This document shows positions 46,210-56,479 of a stretch of 64,000 nucleotides of DNA, one piece after another. Every line of letters begins with the position of its first letter. Position 1 is the stretch's first letter. The DNA lies in the IMG/VR virus record IMGVR_UViG_3300037882_003354, positions 1 through 64,000 of that record; one strand, written 5' to 3'. Under the pieces are notes generated by a model. It worked only from the letters and a program-made list of their open reading frames with translations. It searched no databases and had not been told where the DNA came from. Both the position numbers and the translations under genes were made by a program.

Positions 46210-47106
46210 TTACGCATTGGCGAGATCGTACAATCCCGCAACACCAGGGCCCTTGCAGTTTTTATCATTCATGAATGTAAACACCTGCTTCCTGTTGCCA
46301 TCTTTGTTAAAACTAATATGGTGCCAGGGGTTTTTACTTCCGGTGGTTTTATATTCTAACAAGAACTGATCGAAGGCGATGTTATCCTTGATCCATTGTG
46401 CTCTGATGAAATAATCTGCCTTGGTGGCCTTGGAATATTGAATGTCGCAAGCCATGCCCAAGGGATGTTGACTGGTACCGTTGCCCTTGCGTAATCGAAA
46501 AGAGTTAGTCATAAAGGCATCGGGATACTCTGCTTTGATGGGGTCATAACAGTTGATCACCAGTAGTCTCAAGTTGTCCACCACTGATTGAACTGTGACA
46601 CCATTTTGTATGGCCACAGTGGCCACATCGTAGGGAAATGTCACACCCGGTGCCTTGGTCACAGTTTTGACGTAATACGTGATTCCAGTTGCTTCGCTGA
46701 TATATAGTACTGTGTCATCAACTGACGTGGCCAATGTCACACTGCCTGTGGTGGTGGCAGTGGTGGTGGCTGTGGAGGCCGGAGTGGTATCCACGTTGGT
46801 GGCACTGACGGCGGCATTGTCACCTGCACTGAGGTCAGCCTGAGTTATAGTACCAGCGGCAATCAATTTCTGTTGTTGTACTTGTACCTCTGCTTCATTG
46901 GTTTCCCCGTCTAATTCAGCAGTGGCTGCATCAACTTTGTATGATGGACTGTTGATCAATGCCAATGATGCGGCCTCTGAACCCTGCGGATCGTTCCATA
47001 ATGCCACAGGCACAAAGTTAGCGTATACATTGTCACTGTGATAGACATCGCTGACGGCCGGCAATCCGCTGTTTTTTTGCGCACCACCACCTTTAATATA
47101 GGGCAT
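46210..47106 (-). CDS. Peptidase M15 (Zn DD-peptidase fold) peptidoglycan hydrolase
   Basis: SFR...SQH..GMACD...WHHISF. Confidence 0.75.
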   Translation of the reverse strand: MPYIKGGGAQKNSGLPAVSDVYHSDNVYANFVPVALWNDPQGSEAASLALINSPSYKVDAATAELDGETNEAEVQVQQQKLIAAGTITQADLSAGDNAAVSATNVDTTPASTATTTATTTGSVTLATSVDDTVLYISEATGITYYVKTVTKAPGVTFPYDVATVAIQNGVTVQSVVDNLRLLVINCYDPIKAEYPDAFMTNSFRLRKGNGTSQHPLGMACDIQYSKATKADYFIRAQWIKDNIAFDQFLLEYKTTGSKNPWHHISFNKDGNRKQVFTFMNDKNCKGPGVAGLYDLANA

Positions 47107-47118
47107 GTTGTTATCCTG

Positions 47119-47412
47119 TTATCTCAGGGCAATGCCTGTGGTGCCGGTCAGGTACTGATCTGCGGCTTCTTTCTTGCTTATGACCATGACGAACACATGC
47201 TCTCGCTTGAGAGAAAATGTTTCAGTGTCACCCAGGAACAACCAGGGAATCATGCCCAGTCCATTGGCGCCCATGGTCAATGCCAGGGGGCGATTGATGG
47301 TGATGGTACCATCATCTTCACTCTCGTAACGTGCAATGATTTCATCACCATTGACCAATTTCATGCTGACCACCGATCCCGGTGTAATTTGCTTTTGTAA
47401 TAACATGTTCAT
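47119..47412 (-). CDS. Sm-like phage protein
   Basis: VSMKLVNGDEIIAR...RPLAL...GMIPW. Confidence 0.6.
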   Translation of the reverse strand: MNMLLQKQITPGSVVSMKLVNGDEIIARYESEDDGTITINRPLALTMGANGLGMIPWLFLGDTETFSLKREHVFVMVISKKEAADQYLTGTTGIALR

Positions 47413-47567
47413 CCTTTGTTGTTGGCTATTCTTACTATCTCGTTTCTACGTCGACCGTTCTCTCTTTCCAAGAAATCGGTTCGTTGAATTAATTTACTGC
47501 ACAGGTCCATCAATTGCCGGACCTGTTGTTCAAGTTTTGCAATTTTTTGATCACGTGGATCAGTCAT
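47409..47567 (-). CDS. Small coiled-coil protein
   Basis: MTDPRDQKIAKLEQQV; coupled on both sides. Confidence 0.55.
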   Translation of the reverse strand: MTDPRDQKIAKLEQQVRQLMDLCSKLIQRTDFLERENGRRRNEIVRIANNKG

Positions 47568-47958
47568 GTTTCTGATCCGTGGGAATTTCGCACAGTGCTT
47601 CCAGTGTCTTGTAGTGTGCGTATGCTTTCTGCAGACTCTGGAAGTGTTCCAGTTTCTTGGGGTCGGGTACCAGGATGGCCATTCTTTTTTCCATGCTTTC
47701 CATGAAATCTCGCATGCTGCGTCCATCAATGATCACATCCCGGTCTGCGCGGATTACGCCGTAATCTTTATTGAATGAGTTCGTATCAAAATAACCGTCG
47801 TACCCCAGCCCACCTGAACCACTGGAACCACCAGTGCCCAATGTGTTGATGGTAACATGACCACCAGCACCCACTGCTCCAGTGTTGGCAGCATAATTGC
47901 TTGATGAAGTACATGCACCAGGCGGATAAAAGACGTCTGTATTAATAATGGTGTTCAT
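47560..47958 (-). CDS. Hypothetical protein
   Basis: IDGRSM...EKRMAILVPD...LQKAY..YK.LE. Confidence 0.7.
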   Translation of the reverse strand: MNTIINTDVFYPPGACTSSSNYAANTGAVGAGGHVTINTLGTGGSSGSGGLGYDGYFDTNSFNKDYGVIRADRDVIIDGRSMRDFMESMEKRMAILVPDPKKLEHFQSLQKAYAHYKTLEALCEIPTDQKHD

Positions 47959-48011
47959 GTGTATATTTTAGTTTAAAGCACATTGCCTAGTCAATTAATA
48001 ACCAAGCATTC

Positions 48012-49382
48012 CTATACTAAGAACCCCAAATTAGGTTTCGAGAATCTTCCAATGTTGGGCACGACGGTGGACAAGTCTGAGGCAGGCACGCCAAACCAGG
48101 ATGCGAGGGTGGCCGCATATTCATCCACAGAGGTGGTGGGGATCAATCGACCCTGTCCAGCGTCCTCCGGACTACCTATAGCAACTGTTGGGAAATTACC
48201 GTAGATTCTATTTCCTAGAACTGCACCACCCATAATGAAGTGATGACTACCCCATCCGTGATCTGATCCTTGACCATTGCCCTGCAGGGCACGACCAAAC
48301 TCCGATGCTGTAAAGCTGGTCACACTTTCAGATATGCCCATGGCAACGGTCGCCTGATAGAACGCTGTCATGGCGTCGGAAAGTTCCTTCATTCTGACTG
48401 CATGATCATTTACGAGATTAGCGTGTAAATCGTTACCACCCATGTTAACAAAAAATATCTGTCTCTTTTGCGACAATCCACCTCTGGCACCAATCAAACG
48501 AGCCACCATCCTCAATTGCCTACCAAGATTTGTATCAGGGAATAGTGTACTTGCGGGTACATTAGATAAAGCATTAGTAACCAAGACCTCTGTGGAAATA
48601 GCTCTGGTTGACACTTTATTCAGCTCGTTTTCTAGTAGGCTACTTCGTGGATCCGTGATAAGTTTTCTCATAGCAGGACCAATAGATGGAGCATGATATG
48701 CTCCATTTGCTAAAGCATATACTTTGATCGCACCTCCCACGGAACACTGATACTGGATGGTGTTATTTCCGATTTGCATAGTATTATTACCAGCAACGGA
48801 TATTGCAATAGACACTCCACTGCCTGGATTGAATGCACTGTTGGTTAAGTCTCCGATACGTCCCAACCATCCCGTACTGGAGGCACGGTCTGGCAAGCCA
48901 GTTTGCCAGGCGCGAGTTTGATCTGAGTGGGAGAACAGTTGAAATGGTAGATCTACGCTGCCATTTTTGTACTGTGTTTTTGTTGTTGGAACGCAAAGTG
49001 GCCCAACATTGGCAAGTACGGCGAGATTTTCCTGATCGAATACGGATTTTAGGCCGCCCATCGATCCGTTGAATGCTAGAGTAGGACCATTCCATCCAGA
49101 AGGACTGATCTGCTGGAGACCAGAGACGGGCAGGGCAAGAGCTCCTCTGCCTTTGGCGTAGAGGTCGTACTCTGCCGCGCTGACGGGGACGATGGTGTTT
49201 GACTGATCGTTGCCGCCACCGAGGTAGATGCAAACCAGAGCCTTGTAGTCGCTGGCCTGCTGTGCGCTGGCTGCACCCATGGCAAGCAGGTTGGCCGCGA
49301 ATGGCGTCCCGGCCAGAGCACTAATTTTTGAAAATTTCTGGAGGAATTGACGGCGATTGGCTGCATTGAATGTGTTTGTCAT
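48012..49382 (-). CDS. DUF1501 family protein with a Tat signal
   Basis: NRRQFLQ + hydrophobic + ASA; DYKALVCIYLGGGND, SHSDQ, SEFGR, GSDHGWG, GRLIPTTSVD. Confidence 0.93.
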   Translation of the reverse strand: MTNTFNAANRRQFLQKFSKISALAGTPFAANLLAMGAASAQQASDYKALVCIYLGGGNDQSNTIVPVSAAEYDLYAKGRGALALPVSGLQQISPSGWNGPTLAFNGSMGGLKSVFDQENLAVLANVGPLCVPTTKTQYKNGSVDLPFQLFSHSDQTRAWQTGLPDRASSTGWLGRIGDLTNSAFNPGSGVSIAISVAGNNTMQIGNNTIQYQCSVGGAIKVYALANGAYHAPSIGPAMRKLITDPRSSLLENELNKVSTRAISTEVLVTNALSNVPASTLFPDTNLGRQLRMVARLIGARGGLSQKRQIFFVNMGGNDLHANLVNDHAVRMKELSDAMTAFYQATVAMGISESVTSFTASEFGRALQGNGQGSDHGWGSHHFIMGGAVLGNRIYGNFPTVAIGSPEDAGQGRLIPTTSVDEYAATLASWFGVPASDLSTVVPNIGRFSKPNLGFLV

Positions 49383-49390
49383 GGTGTCTC

Positions 49391-51571
49391 CTATTTTTGT
49401 GTGATAAATTCTGGTGACACCATAGTCAGCAACACAGCAGCGGCAACTCTAGTGTGACCTGAATCCCTAGTTGCCGGAATGGTGTTTATTACATTGATGA
49501 TCGTTTGTTTGGTGGAACTACTCATTCGACCTGCAGTGAGAAGCAAGTTCAAACGATCTACAAGTGCCACTGGGTTCGAGGCTAGGGCCATTTCCACGCT
49601 GTAGTCAGCACCGAGATAGTGATCAACCGAGCCATATTTAATGGCGACGTTATCTCTCCACCAATTGGTTTGCCGTTCCGCTATGTTAGTAATAAAGTTG
49701 TCATAGCCTGTTACTGTGGTTTCATGGGTTATAGCGAACTCCGGTGCTACCAGACCTCTATTCATGATTTCACCTGGTGGTGAATAAGTAGGGCTAAACC
49801 AGTTGAAAACGCTTGGGGCTCTTAGAGGGTTTTGGCCTATGCTTGATACAGGATCTTCGAGATTCCAGATCTTGTAATACCCACTGGTGGCCTTGACATC
49901 AAAGGCGCGCATGAAGTTAGCATATCTGATCATCGGCTCGCGAAGTTTCCCCCACAACGGATCCGACACCTTGGAGGTATCTCGAGCCTCTGGGTCGAGC
50001 AACACGGCCTTGATCACCGCTTTCATGTCACCGCGCACGCCTTGGCCATTGTTGTTGAAGGCTGCTGTCACCCTCGAAACATAGGCTGGGCTCGGATTGC
50101 TGGTGACGAAACGCTTGATCAACTGGCTGCCAATGAAGGGCCCCACGTTGGGGTGGTTGAACAGGGTGTCCAGCGCGATCTTCAGACTTTGCTCTCCAGT
50201 GGTGCCTGCCGGGATGACGACACCCCTGATGATATTCTTTTCACTGGTGCTATGGTACTGTGGGTAATTGATCATTTGCTTACTCCAACTGTTATAGGTC
50301 ACGCTGCTCCAACCATTCCAGTCACTAGCCCAACTCCAGCCCGTGAAAACCTTGGCCATACCCATCACGTCGATCTGGTCGTAGGTGGGTATGTCCTTAC
50401 CATACGCATCTTTTTTTCTTGATCCGTCTGGGTTCAGTTCCCACAGACCTATTGAAAATAACTGCATCATCTCACGTGCAAAATTTTCATCAGGAATTCT
50501 GCCTGTTATTGGATCTTCTTTTATGTTCTTAAAATGAGACAAATAATGGCCCATTGTTGGGTGAGTTGCCACTTGTTCCAGCAGGGTGCGATAATTACCA
50601 AATGCATTACGAGACAGCATATCAAGATAGCTAGCGTGTGCGTCCTTTTGTACCTCTACTGCACTATTGACCGTGCTGACAACGAAGATCTCGCTGAGCG
50701 CAAAGACTAAACGCTGACGCAATTGGTCAGGTCCGACAACAGCTTGTCGCCAGAAACTTTCCATTACTGCGTTGATGTGCTCAGAATTACAAGGGTTGCA
50801 TCCTGGTGGCCCCTTGCGCTCCATCACATAGGTCCAGTGGGTTTCCAGGCTGGGTGTCACAAACTGGTTTTCAATCCACGCGGCCGGGCCGGACTGGGCC
50901 ACCGATGAAATGCTGCTCATGTTGGGACCGAAACTCGCCTGCACGAGAAAGCGCGCCGCTTCAGCTGGAGTTACAGAAGGAGGAGCAGGTGCTGGTTCTG
51001 GCGCAGGTGCTGGAGCAGGTGCTGGAGCAGGTGCTGGAGCAGGTGCTGGAGCAGGTGCTGGAGATGTACCTGGAACAAATCCCACTGGGTAATAACAGGC
51101 TTTTACTGTTCCAACAATTGGGTCTCCAAACACCCAGTTATTACAGCCAACTATAGGTGTTGTGAAGGTCTTGGTGACAAATTTACCAGCAGCACCATAC
51201 GAAATACTAACGGGTGCGCCAGGTGAGCAGATTCCATTTTCAGTAGCACACGGAGTTGTTGAGAATCCTGTGGGAGCTGTAGTTAGCACCGTTACTTCTG
51301 TGTAGCAGGATTTAGTTTTCGTGGTGGTTAAACGACCAAACGTCTGGTCGCTGCAAACGAACGTGGCTTCCCGCATTGACTTCAGGCGAAATTTGCCAGC
51401 AGCTCCGTAAAGTACCCTCGAGGCCTTTGGAAGCGTGCAAGTCTGACCCTCGACCGCGCAGGGGGTAGACGAAAACGTCATGCCTGCAAGCCTGAATGTT
51501 TCCGCAGATACTACTGGTGCCGCGTATCCAGCCAACACCAGAGATAATGTTAAAAGTATTTTAAGTTTCAT
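49391..51571 (-). CDS. Secreted DUF1800 family protein with two Cys-rich N-terminal modules and a PA linker
   Basis: Sec signal; AARFLVQASFG, DQLRQR..FALSEIFVVS, PDENFAREMMQLFSIGL, HPNVGPF, KLREP. Confidence 0.93.
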   Translation of the reverse strand: MKLKILLTLSLVLAGYAAPVVSAETFRLAGMTFSSTPCAVEGQTCTLPKASRVLYGAAGKFRLKSMREATFVCSDQTFGRLTTTKTKSCYTEVTVLTTAPTGFSTTPCATENGICSPGAPVSISYGAAGKFVTKTFTTPIVGCNNWVFGDPIVGTVKACYYPVGFVPGTSPAPAPAPAPAPAPAPAPAPAPEPAPAPPSVTPAEAARFLVQASFGPNMSSISSVAQSGPAAWIENQFVTPSLETHWTYVMERKGPPGCNPCNSEHINAVMESFWRQAVVGPDQLRQRLVFALSEIFVVSTVNSAVEVQKDAHASYLDMLSRNAFGNYRTLLEQVATHPTMGHYLSHFKNIKEDPITGRIPDENFAREMMQLFSIGLWELNPDGSRKKDAYGKDIPTYDQIDVMGMAKVFTGWSWASDWNGWSSVTYNSWSKQMINYPQYHSTSEKNIIRGVVIPAGTTGEQSLKIALDTLFNHPNVGPFIGSQLIKRFVTSNPSPAYVSRVTAAFNNNGQGVRGDMKAVIKAVLLDPEARDTSKVSDPLWGKLREPMIRYANFMRAFDVKATSGYYKIWNLEDPVSSIGQNPLRAPSVFNWFSPTYSPPGEIMNRGLVAPEFAITHETTVTGYDNFITNIAERQTNWWRDNVAIKYGSVDHYLGADYSVEMALASNPVALVDRLNLLLTAGRMSSSTKQTIINVINTIPATRDSGHTRVAAAVLLTMVSPEFITQK

Positions 51572-53122
51572 GATTTAATATCCTTAATAACCAAGCATCT
51601 GATTTCCATCACCCAGATTGTTAGTATGACAATCTCTGCTGCGTTGATTGCAGTTCAACATCCAAGTATTTATCAAACCACTCCAACCATTCCACCAGTC
51701 TCCATGACCACTAAATCCACCAGGAGTTCCCATGGGATAGTTGTCTGAACTCAGTCTCCAGTAGGTGTCAATGCCAGGTTCTTTTACGGGGTAGTAGATA
51801 TTGAAAGCTATCTCAGTAAGAGGTACTGGATGTGTTGCTGGACAGCCAAAAGCAGGATAGGCCATGTGTGCCTTGTGGTCTGGACTGTCTAGATTAACTC
51901 CATCCCAACACTGTGGAAATTGCACACCCATTACCATTGTGCTTCCAACTGGACAATTGGGTATTGACTTGCCACGAGGTGGTGCAGTCATACCAGCGGG
52001 AACACCCTGACACTCATAGGTAACTTTTGACGAAGTGGCAGAATCCACAGCCTTCATGTTACCAGCAATCATTCTTAATCCTACTGGCAGTGGCTGAATT
52101 AAACTAGGTGGAATATAGCTATATCCAGTCTTGTAGTAAATTTGATTGCCCCTTGCCTGGATCGGAGTATTAGTACGAGTATCGATCATGGTGGGAACCC
52201 AATACGAACTACGATTGGCGATACCACCACCACAGGTGGAATTGCCTGTGTTGGTCAGACTGTCAGTGGTACTGAACGCATCTGCTCCGGTATTTCCAAA
52301 GAAGGTGTGGAGATGTGATGCTCCGTTCTGGCCAGGGTATATGATGGGATCGTTAAATCCCATGTGGCTGTAACCACACATCATTCTGAAAGCACCAATG
52401 TTACTAGTGGTAATATCGTCCGTTGCGTGAAATTTCAAACGTAAATCGCTAAAGCCAGAGGCTCTTTTGGGCACTTGATTGATGTCTACAACGGGCATAT
52501 CGCCCATTTTCATGCTGAGATTTTGTGCAGTGCTGGCTGGCGTAAACACCTGGCATTCCTTCAGGTCATTATGCCAATAACCCAAATAACCATGAGAGCA
52601 GGTTCCACCCAGTGTGTCCTGACGATAGAACCACTTGCCGAGTCCATCACCCCAACGGACCATTTTGGTGCCTTCAAATGAGTATGGTTGGTTAAGCAAA
52701 GCAACACGGCTCCAAGTGCCTGGTGGGATATCTGGCAGTACATTATGCGACATCATTGACATGGGTACCTCTGGCATGACAAGTGGTACCACAACAGGTA
52801 ATGCCGCTACTGGAATATAGCAATGCTTTATCTTGCCAGGGGCGGGATCACCACCAAAAGTAGTGTTGTTACAAGTGACAACTTGACCAGCTAGGAAAGT
52901 TTTGATCGTATACGGACCTGCAGGTACCAGATCAAATGCTACAACAGGGCCATATGCAATAATGGTATCAATACTAGGAGTACATTTACGACCCCATTCA
53001 TCACCACAACTAGCAATGGAAAACTCATGACCACCGTAACTAAACGTTGGTTTAACTGGAGCAGGTGCGGGAGCAGGTGCGGGAGCAGGTGCGGGAGCAG
53101 GTGCGGGAGCAGGTGCGGGAGC
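50984..53122 (-). repeat. 12-bp tandem repeats encoding (PA)n linkers at ~50984-51062 and ~53058-53122
   Basis: GGAGCAGGTGCT and GGAGCAGGTGCG arrays on the + strand. Confidence 0.85.
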
Positions 53123-53404
53123 CTCTATATAACAGGCTTTCTCTGATTTTGTTGTAGTCCTACCAAACGTCTTGTCGCTGCAAATGAAGGTACCTACCGG
53201 AATAGACTTCAGGCGAAACCTGCCAGCCACTCCGTAAAGCACCCTAGATTTATACGGAACAGTACATTGTTCACCCTCCACAGCACAAGGTGTAGATAAG
53301 AATGTCATCCCAGCTAACCTGAATGTTTCCGCAGATGCTGCGGGCATCGAGTAAGTCGCTAGCAGCAGAGGGATAGTTGATAAGATTGTTCTTAGTTTCA
53401 TGTT
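51584..53404 (-). CDS. Secreted DUF1996 domain protein
   Basis: DPIIYPG..GASHLHTFFGN, NRSSYWVP, GLRMIAG, FPQCWDGVNLDSPDHKAHMAY, HGDWWNGW. Confidence 0.88.
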   Translation of the reverse strand, partial: NMKLRTILSTIPLLLATYSMPAASAETFRLAGMTFLSTPCAVEGEQCTVPYKSRVLYGVAGRFRLKSIPVGTFICSDKTFGRTTTKSEKACYIEAPAPAPAPAPAPAPAPAPAPAPVKPTFSYGGHEFSIASCGDEWGRKCTPSIDTIIAYGPVVAFDLVPAGPYTIKTFLAGQVVTCNNTTFGGDPAPGKIKHCYIPVAALPVVVPLVMPEVPMSMMSHNVLPDIPPGTWSRVALLNQPYSFEGTKMVRWGDGLGKWFYRQDTLGGTCSHGYLGYWHNDLKECQVFTPASTAQNLSMKMGDMPVVDINQVPKRASGFSDLRLKFHATDDITTSNIGAFRMMCGYSHMGFNDPIIYPGQNGASHLHTFFGNTGADAFSTTDSLTNTGNSTCGGGIANRSSYWVPTMIDTRTNTPIQARGNQIYYKTGYSYIPPSLIQPLPVGLRMIAGNMKAVDSATSSKVTYECQGVPAGMTAPPRGKSIPNCPVGSTMVMGVQFPQCWDGVNLDSPDHKAHMAYPAFGCPATHPVPLTEIAFNIYYPVKEPGIDTYWRLSSDNYPMGTPGGFSGHGDWWNGWSGLINTWMLNCNQRSRDCHTNNLGDGNQMLGY

Positions 53405-53412
53405 AGTCCTCA

Positions 53413-53754
53413 TTAGGGCATGGTCTTTGATACTTCGTTTGAATAAGCACTTTCCATACCAGCACGATCAATGGCAGTCACAGCGAAGTAATATGTATAT
53501 CCTGTGGTGAGACCCACAACGGTATAATTAACCTTTCGAGAATACATACCACTGCCCGACGGCTGGTCATATGTGCCTGGTTTTGTTCCGTAGTACACAC
53601 GGTATCCACTGATTGCTTCAGCAGGTGCCACCCAGGTCAATGCAGCAGTATTAGGCGCATGGGGTCGTCGACGATGAGCATGGCTGGGGTCAGTGACCAT
53701 CAAACTGGTACTGACCAAAACCAGGCTTGCCATCAATCGTGTCCAGGATCTCAA
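53413..53754 (-). CDS. Secreted fibronectin type III protein
   Basis: LTW...GYRVYYG...YTVVGL..G.TYYFAVTA.D..G.ES.YSNEV. Confidence 0.85.
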   Translation of the reverse strand: MRSWTRLMASLVLVSTSLMVTDPSHAHRRRPHAPNTAALTWVAPAEAISGYRVYYGTKPGTYDQPSGSGMYSRKVNYTVVGLTTGYTYYFAVTAIDRAGMESAYSNEVSKTMP

Positions 53755-54002
53755 GGTGTGCTCTTGTTAACCACAGGATGGGACCGCAGGTGATGCTTTA
53801 ATTCGTTGTACCCACCAATCAACTGATCGCCCAGAAAAATTTGTGGCACTGAGCGTGCACCGGGTACCAGTTCCAAGAGTTCCTCTCGTGTGTGCCCACG
53901 ACCAATCACTCGCTCGTCAAATGGTATACCATGCTGTTCGAGTAAAAATTTAGCTTGGTCGCAAAAAACACATTGTTCTCGACTGTAAATTACGGCTTTC
54001 AT
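53751..54002 (-). CDS. Glutaredoxin
   Basis: CVFC, RSVPQIF, IGGY. Confidence 0.9.
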   Translation of the reverse strand: MKAVIYSREQCVFCDQAKFLLEQHGIPFDERVIGRGHTREELLELVPGARSVPQIFLGDQLIGGYNELKHHLRSHPVVNKSTP

Positions 54003-54017
54003 TTGTATTCCTTAAAG

Positions 54018-55106
54018 TCATAGATCCGGCAATTGGGCAAGATCAATTTCTGAACTCATGGCTCCGATGACATATGATGTACTTTCTGTTTCCTGCAGAG
54101 CCGATTGTTTTTTCCCCAGATTCAAATGTTTGTTAAACCAGGGAATGGGGCTGGATTTGGGATATTCCTCAGTGTATTTAATACCAATATCTTTCAGGCG
54201 AGTAAAAGCGGTATAGTCCACAAAGTCTTTGAGAATGGCGGCATTGAGACCGATCACAGGTCCTTTCTTGAACAAATAGTCAGCCCAGGCCTTTTCTTCT
54301 TGAATAACTTCCATGTACATAGCATATACTTCTTCACGGCATTCTTCAACTAAATTGGCAAAATCTTCATCATCTTTGGTGACATTGTTGATCAACCAGG
54401 CGGTCCATTCTGCATGCAGAATTTCGTCCTGCAAGATCAAACTGATGATGTTGCCATTACCAATGTAGATCTTGTTTTCCACCATGGCCAGGCTGGTGGC
54501 AAAGCTCACCATGAATCGGAAGGCTTCCAGTGCATAACTTGCATGCAGTGCCAGCCAGATGGCCCGTTTGTGATCATGCATGGAGATGTCTTGTCCCATG
54601 GCCCGGCGGCAGTTGAGATCGTGTAGTGCATCGTAATAACGGCCAATGTTGGCGGCCATGTCCACGATTTCCTTGGTGTCATGAATCTTGTTGAATTCTT
54701 CCTTGGGCACCGAGTACACGTTGCGAATGATGTGGCTGTAACTCTTGCTGTGGATGTTGGTCTCAAACATGCTCCAGATGAGCACCAGTGATTCCAGTTC
54801 TGGTATGCTGATCACTGGACTGAAGATCTGTACAGGTGCACGACCCTGAATGCTGTCCAGGGCAGTCTGTCGCAGCAGGTTGCTGGTGAAGATGTGTTTG
54901 ATGGCAGGTGTGGCATCCTTGTGATCCATCTTGTCCTTGGTCAGGCTGATTTCTTCGGGCACCCAGAAAAATCCTCGTTGTAATTCTTCGTACTTGGCAA
55001 TCTTGGGTTGACGGAATTCTTCATATCGTTGTACTGTGACCTCACCGTCCAGAAACATTTTACGCTTGAGGTAATTGGTGGGTTTAGATATATCGTAAGT
55101 GCTCAT
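54018..55106 (-). CDS. nrdB: Class Ia ribonucleotide reductase beta subunit
   Basis: FFWVPEE, LDSIQGR, ETNIHSKSY, LEAFRF, DEILH, QETE. Confidence 0.96.
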   Translation of the reverse strand: MSTYDISKPTNYLKRKMFLDGEVTVQRYEEFRQPKIAKYEELQRGFFWVPEEISLTKDKMDHKDATPAIKHIFTSNLLRQTALDSIQGRAPVQIFSPVISIPELESLVLIWSMFETNIHSKSYSHIIRNVYSVPKEEFNKIHDTKEIVDMAANIGRYYDALHDLNCRRAMGQDISMHDHKRAIWLALHASYALEAFRFMVSFATSLAMVENKIYIGNGNIISLILQDEILHAEWTAWLINNVTKDDEDFANLVEECREEVYAMYMEVIQEEKAWADYLFKKGPVIGLNAAILKDFVDYTAFTRLKDIGIKYTEEYPKSSPIPWFNKHLNLGKKQSALQETESTSYVIGAMSSEIDLAQLPDL

Positions 55107-55170
55107 ATTTTATCCTGTTTTGTTAATGTTGTATCGTTCCAAAAATTTCTAGTTTGTATTAAACTACCGG

Positions 55171-55806
55171 TCAGCAGTCTCCGGATTTTCCTGGGGAGGG
55201 GTCTCTAGTCCAAAAACCCAGTCTATCCTGCATGGGACTGGCATACCATGCCCAGTTGGGTGGAGGTGTTGTGTCTTGACCTGTCCAGACTGGAATGATT
55301 TCGTCTGCAGTATGATTGGCAAAGTCATCATTGTATCTAAAGTGTACTTCAATCACTTGATGGCCTATTACTTCTACATTGAACCAAGGATATCTGTCTG
55401 CCACACATTGTAATACCTGGGGCAATTTAAAATCTAGGTCAATTTTTGTCCAACGACTGAATCTGTCCAGGCGTGTGGGATCTGTTCTAAATCCTTCAAC
55501 TGCCAGTGTTTGCTTGCCCCAGTTGTAATCAAAACTCATGTGTGGTCCAGTGAACAGTTGACACCAGAAATAACCATCTGGAATTGAATCCGAGTCCAGA
55601 TATTGAATGGTAGCACCCACACTCATGGATTTTAGATTCATAATGGGACGCACCACATACTGCCCAGGCACTGCTGGTGGTATGCCTGCGGGCCCACACT
55701 CATGCCCCAATTTTTTTGATAAGATCAATTTATCCACACACCACAGATCATCTGAGTGTATGCTGTCAAATACATCTGCATCGCCAATCTGAGGTACTAT
55801 GATCAT
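55171..55806 (-). CDS. Phage hypothetical protein (possibly ATP-grasp-like)
   Basis: DKLILS..LG..CGPAG, YVVRPIMNL, IEVHFR. Confidence 0.7.
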   Translation of the reverse strand: MIIVPQIGDADVFDSIHSDDLWCVDKLILSKKLGHECGPAGIPPAVPGQYVVRPIMNLKSMSVGATIQYLDSDSIPDGYFWCQLFTGPHMSFDYNWGKQTLAVEGFRTDPTRLDRFSRWTKIDLDFKLPQVLQCVADRYPWFNVEVIGHQVIEVHFRYNDDFANHTADEIIPVWTGQDTTPPPNWAWYASPMQDRLGFWTRDPSPGKSGDC

Positions 55807-55810
55807 TTGA

Positions 55811-56461
55811 TTAGTATTTCCCGCTGGCTAAAATGATCTTGCAAATATGTGATAGGCGTTCAATATGCTCATAAGCACGCCAGGGGCTGGTGTCAATGGC
55901 CACAACTCCGTGCCCTTTAATACCAACTATGTCGTAGGCAATGTTGCCATTTTTATCCAACTGTAGATTTTCGTGGCAACGATCAGCAAGCTCTTGGCTG
56001 ATGGGAGGCACATCTCCCACGTTGGGAGCCACCCTGGTATAGCGATTGAGTTCTGGAAATGCACGACTGATGGTGCTCAAATCAATACCGGCATGCATGG
56101 CCGCAATACAGTAAGTGGGGTGAACATGCACCACCACCCTGACATCCTTTGCATATTGCCCCAATTCCCTTTGCAGTCCAAAGTGCAAGGGTAGTTCTCC
56201 ACTGGGCCGTAGATTTTTACTGATTTCAGTGTACTCCAGCTCCCTGCAGGAATAATGCAATCGAGGCGGCTGGTCGTAGAAACCCTGCTCAATGCCAATC
56301 TTCTTGAACTGATCAGGTTGTAGCGTTTGCTTGCGAACACCGCTGGGAGTAATGTAAAAGTGATCACGGTCGTGATGTCGTATGCTCACATTACCATCAC
56401 GGCTGGTGATCCAATTACGCTTGTATGCGTCTACTAATATATCACATATGGTTTCTAACAT
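55811..56461 (-). CDS. Class II aldolase/adducin family protein
   Basis: DGNVSIR, ITPSG, PSGELPLH, VVHVHP, GHGVVA. Confidence 0.88.
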   Translation of the reverse strand: MLETICDILVDAYKRNWITSRDGNVSIRHHDRDHFYITPSGVRKQTLQPDQFKKIGIEQGFYDQPPRLHYSCRELEYTEISKNLRPSGELPLHFGLQRELGQYAKDVRVVVHVHPTYCIAAMHAGIDLSTISRAFPELNRYTRVAPNVGDVPPISQELADRCHENLQLDKNGNIAYDIVGIKGHGVVAIDTSPWRAYEHIERLSHICKIILASGKY

Positions 56462-56479
56462 TAGAGTTTGTATAATTGT

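Noticed and set aside
48012-53754. Bacterial contamination
   Set aside because: The block is coupled to phage glutaredoxin by a 4-bp overlap and flanked by phage genes on the same strand; read mapping is still advisable
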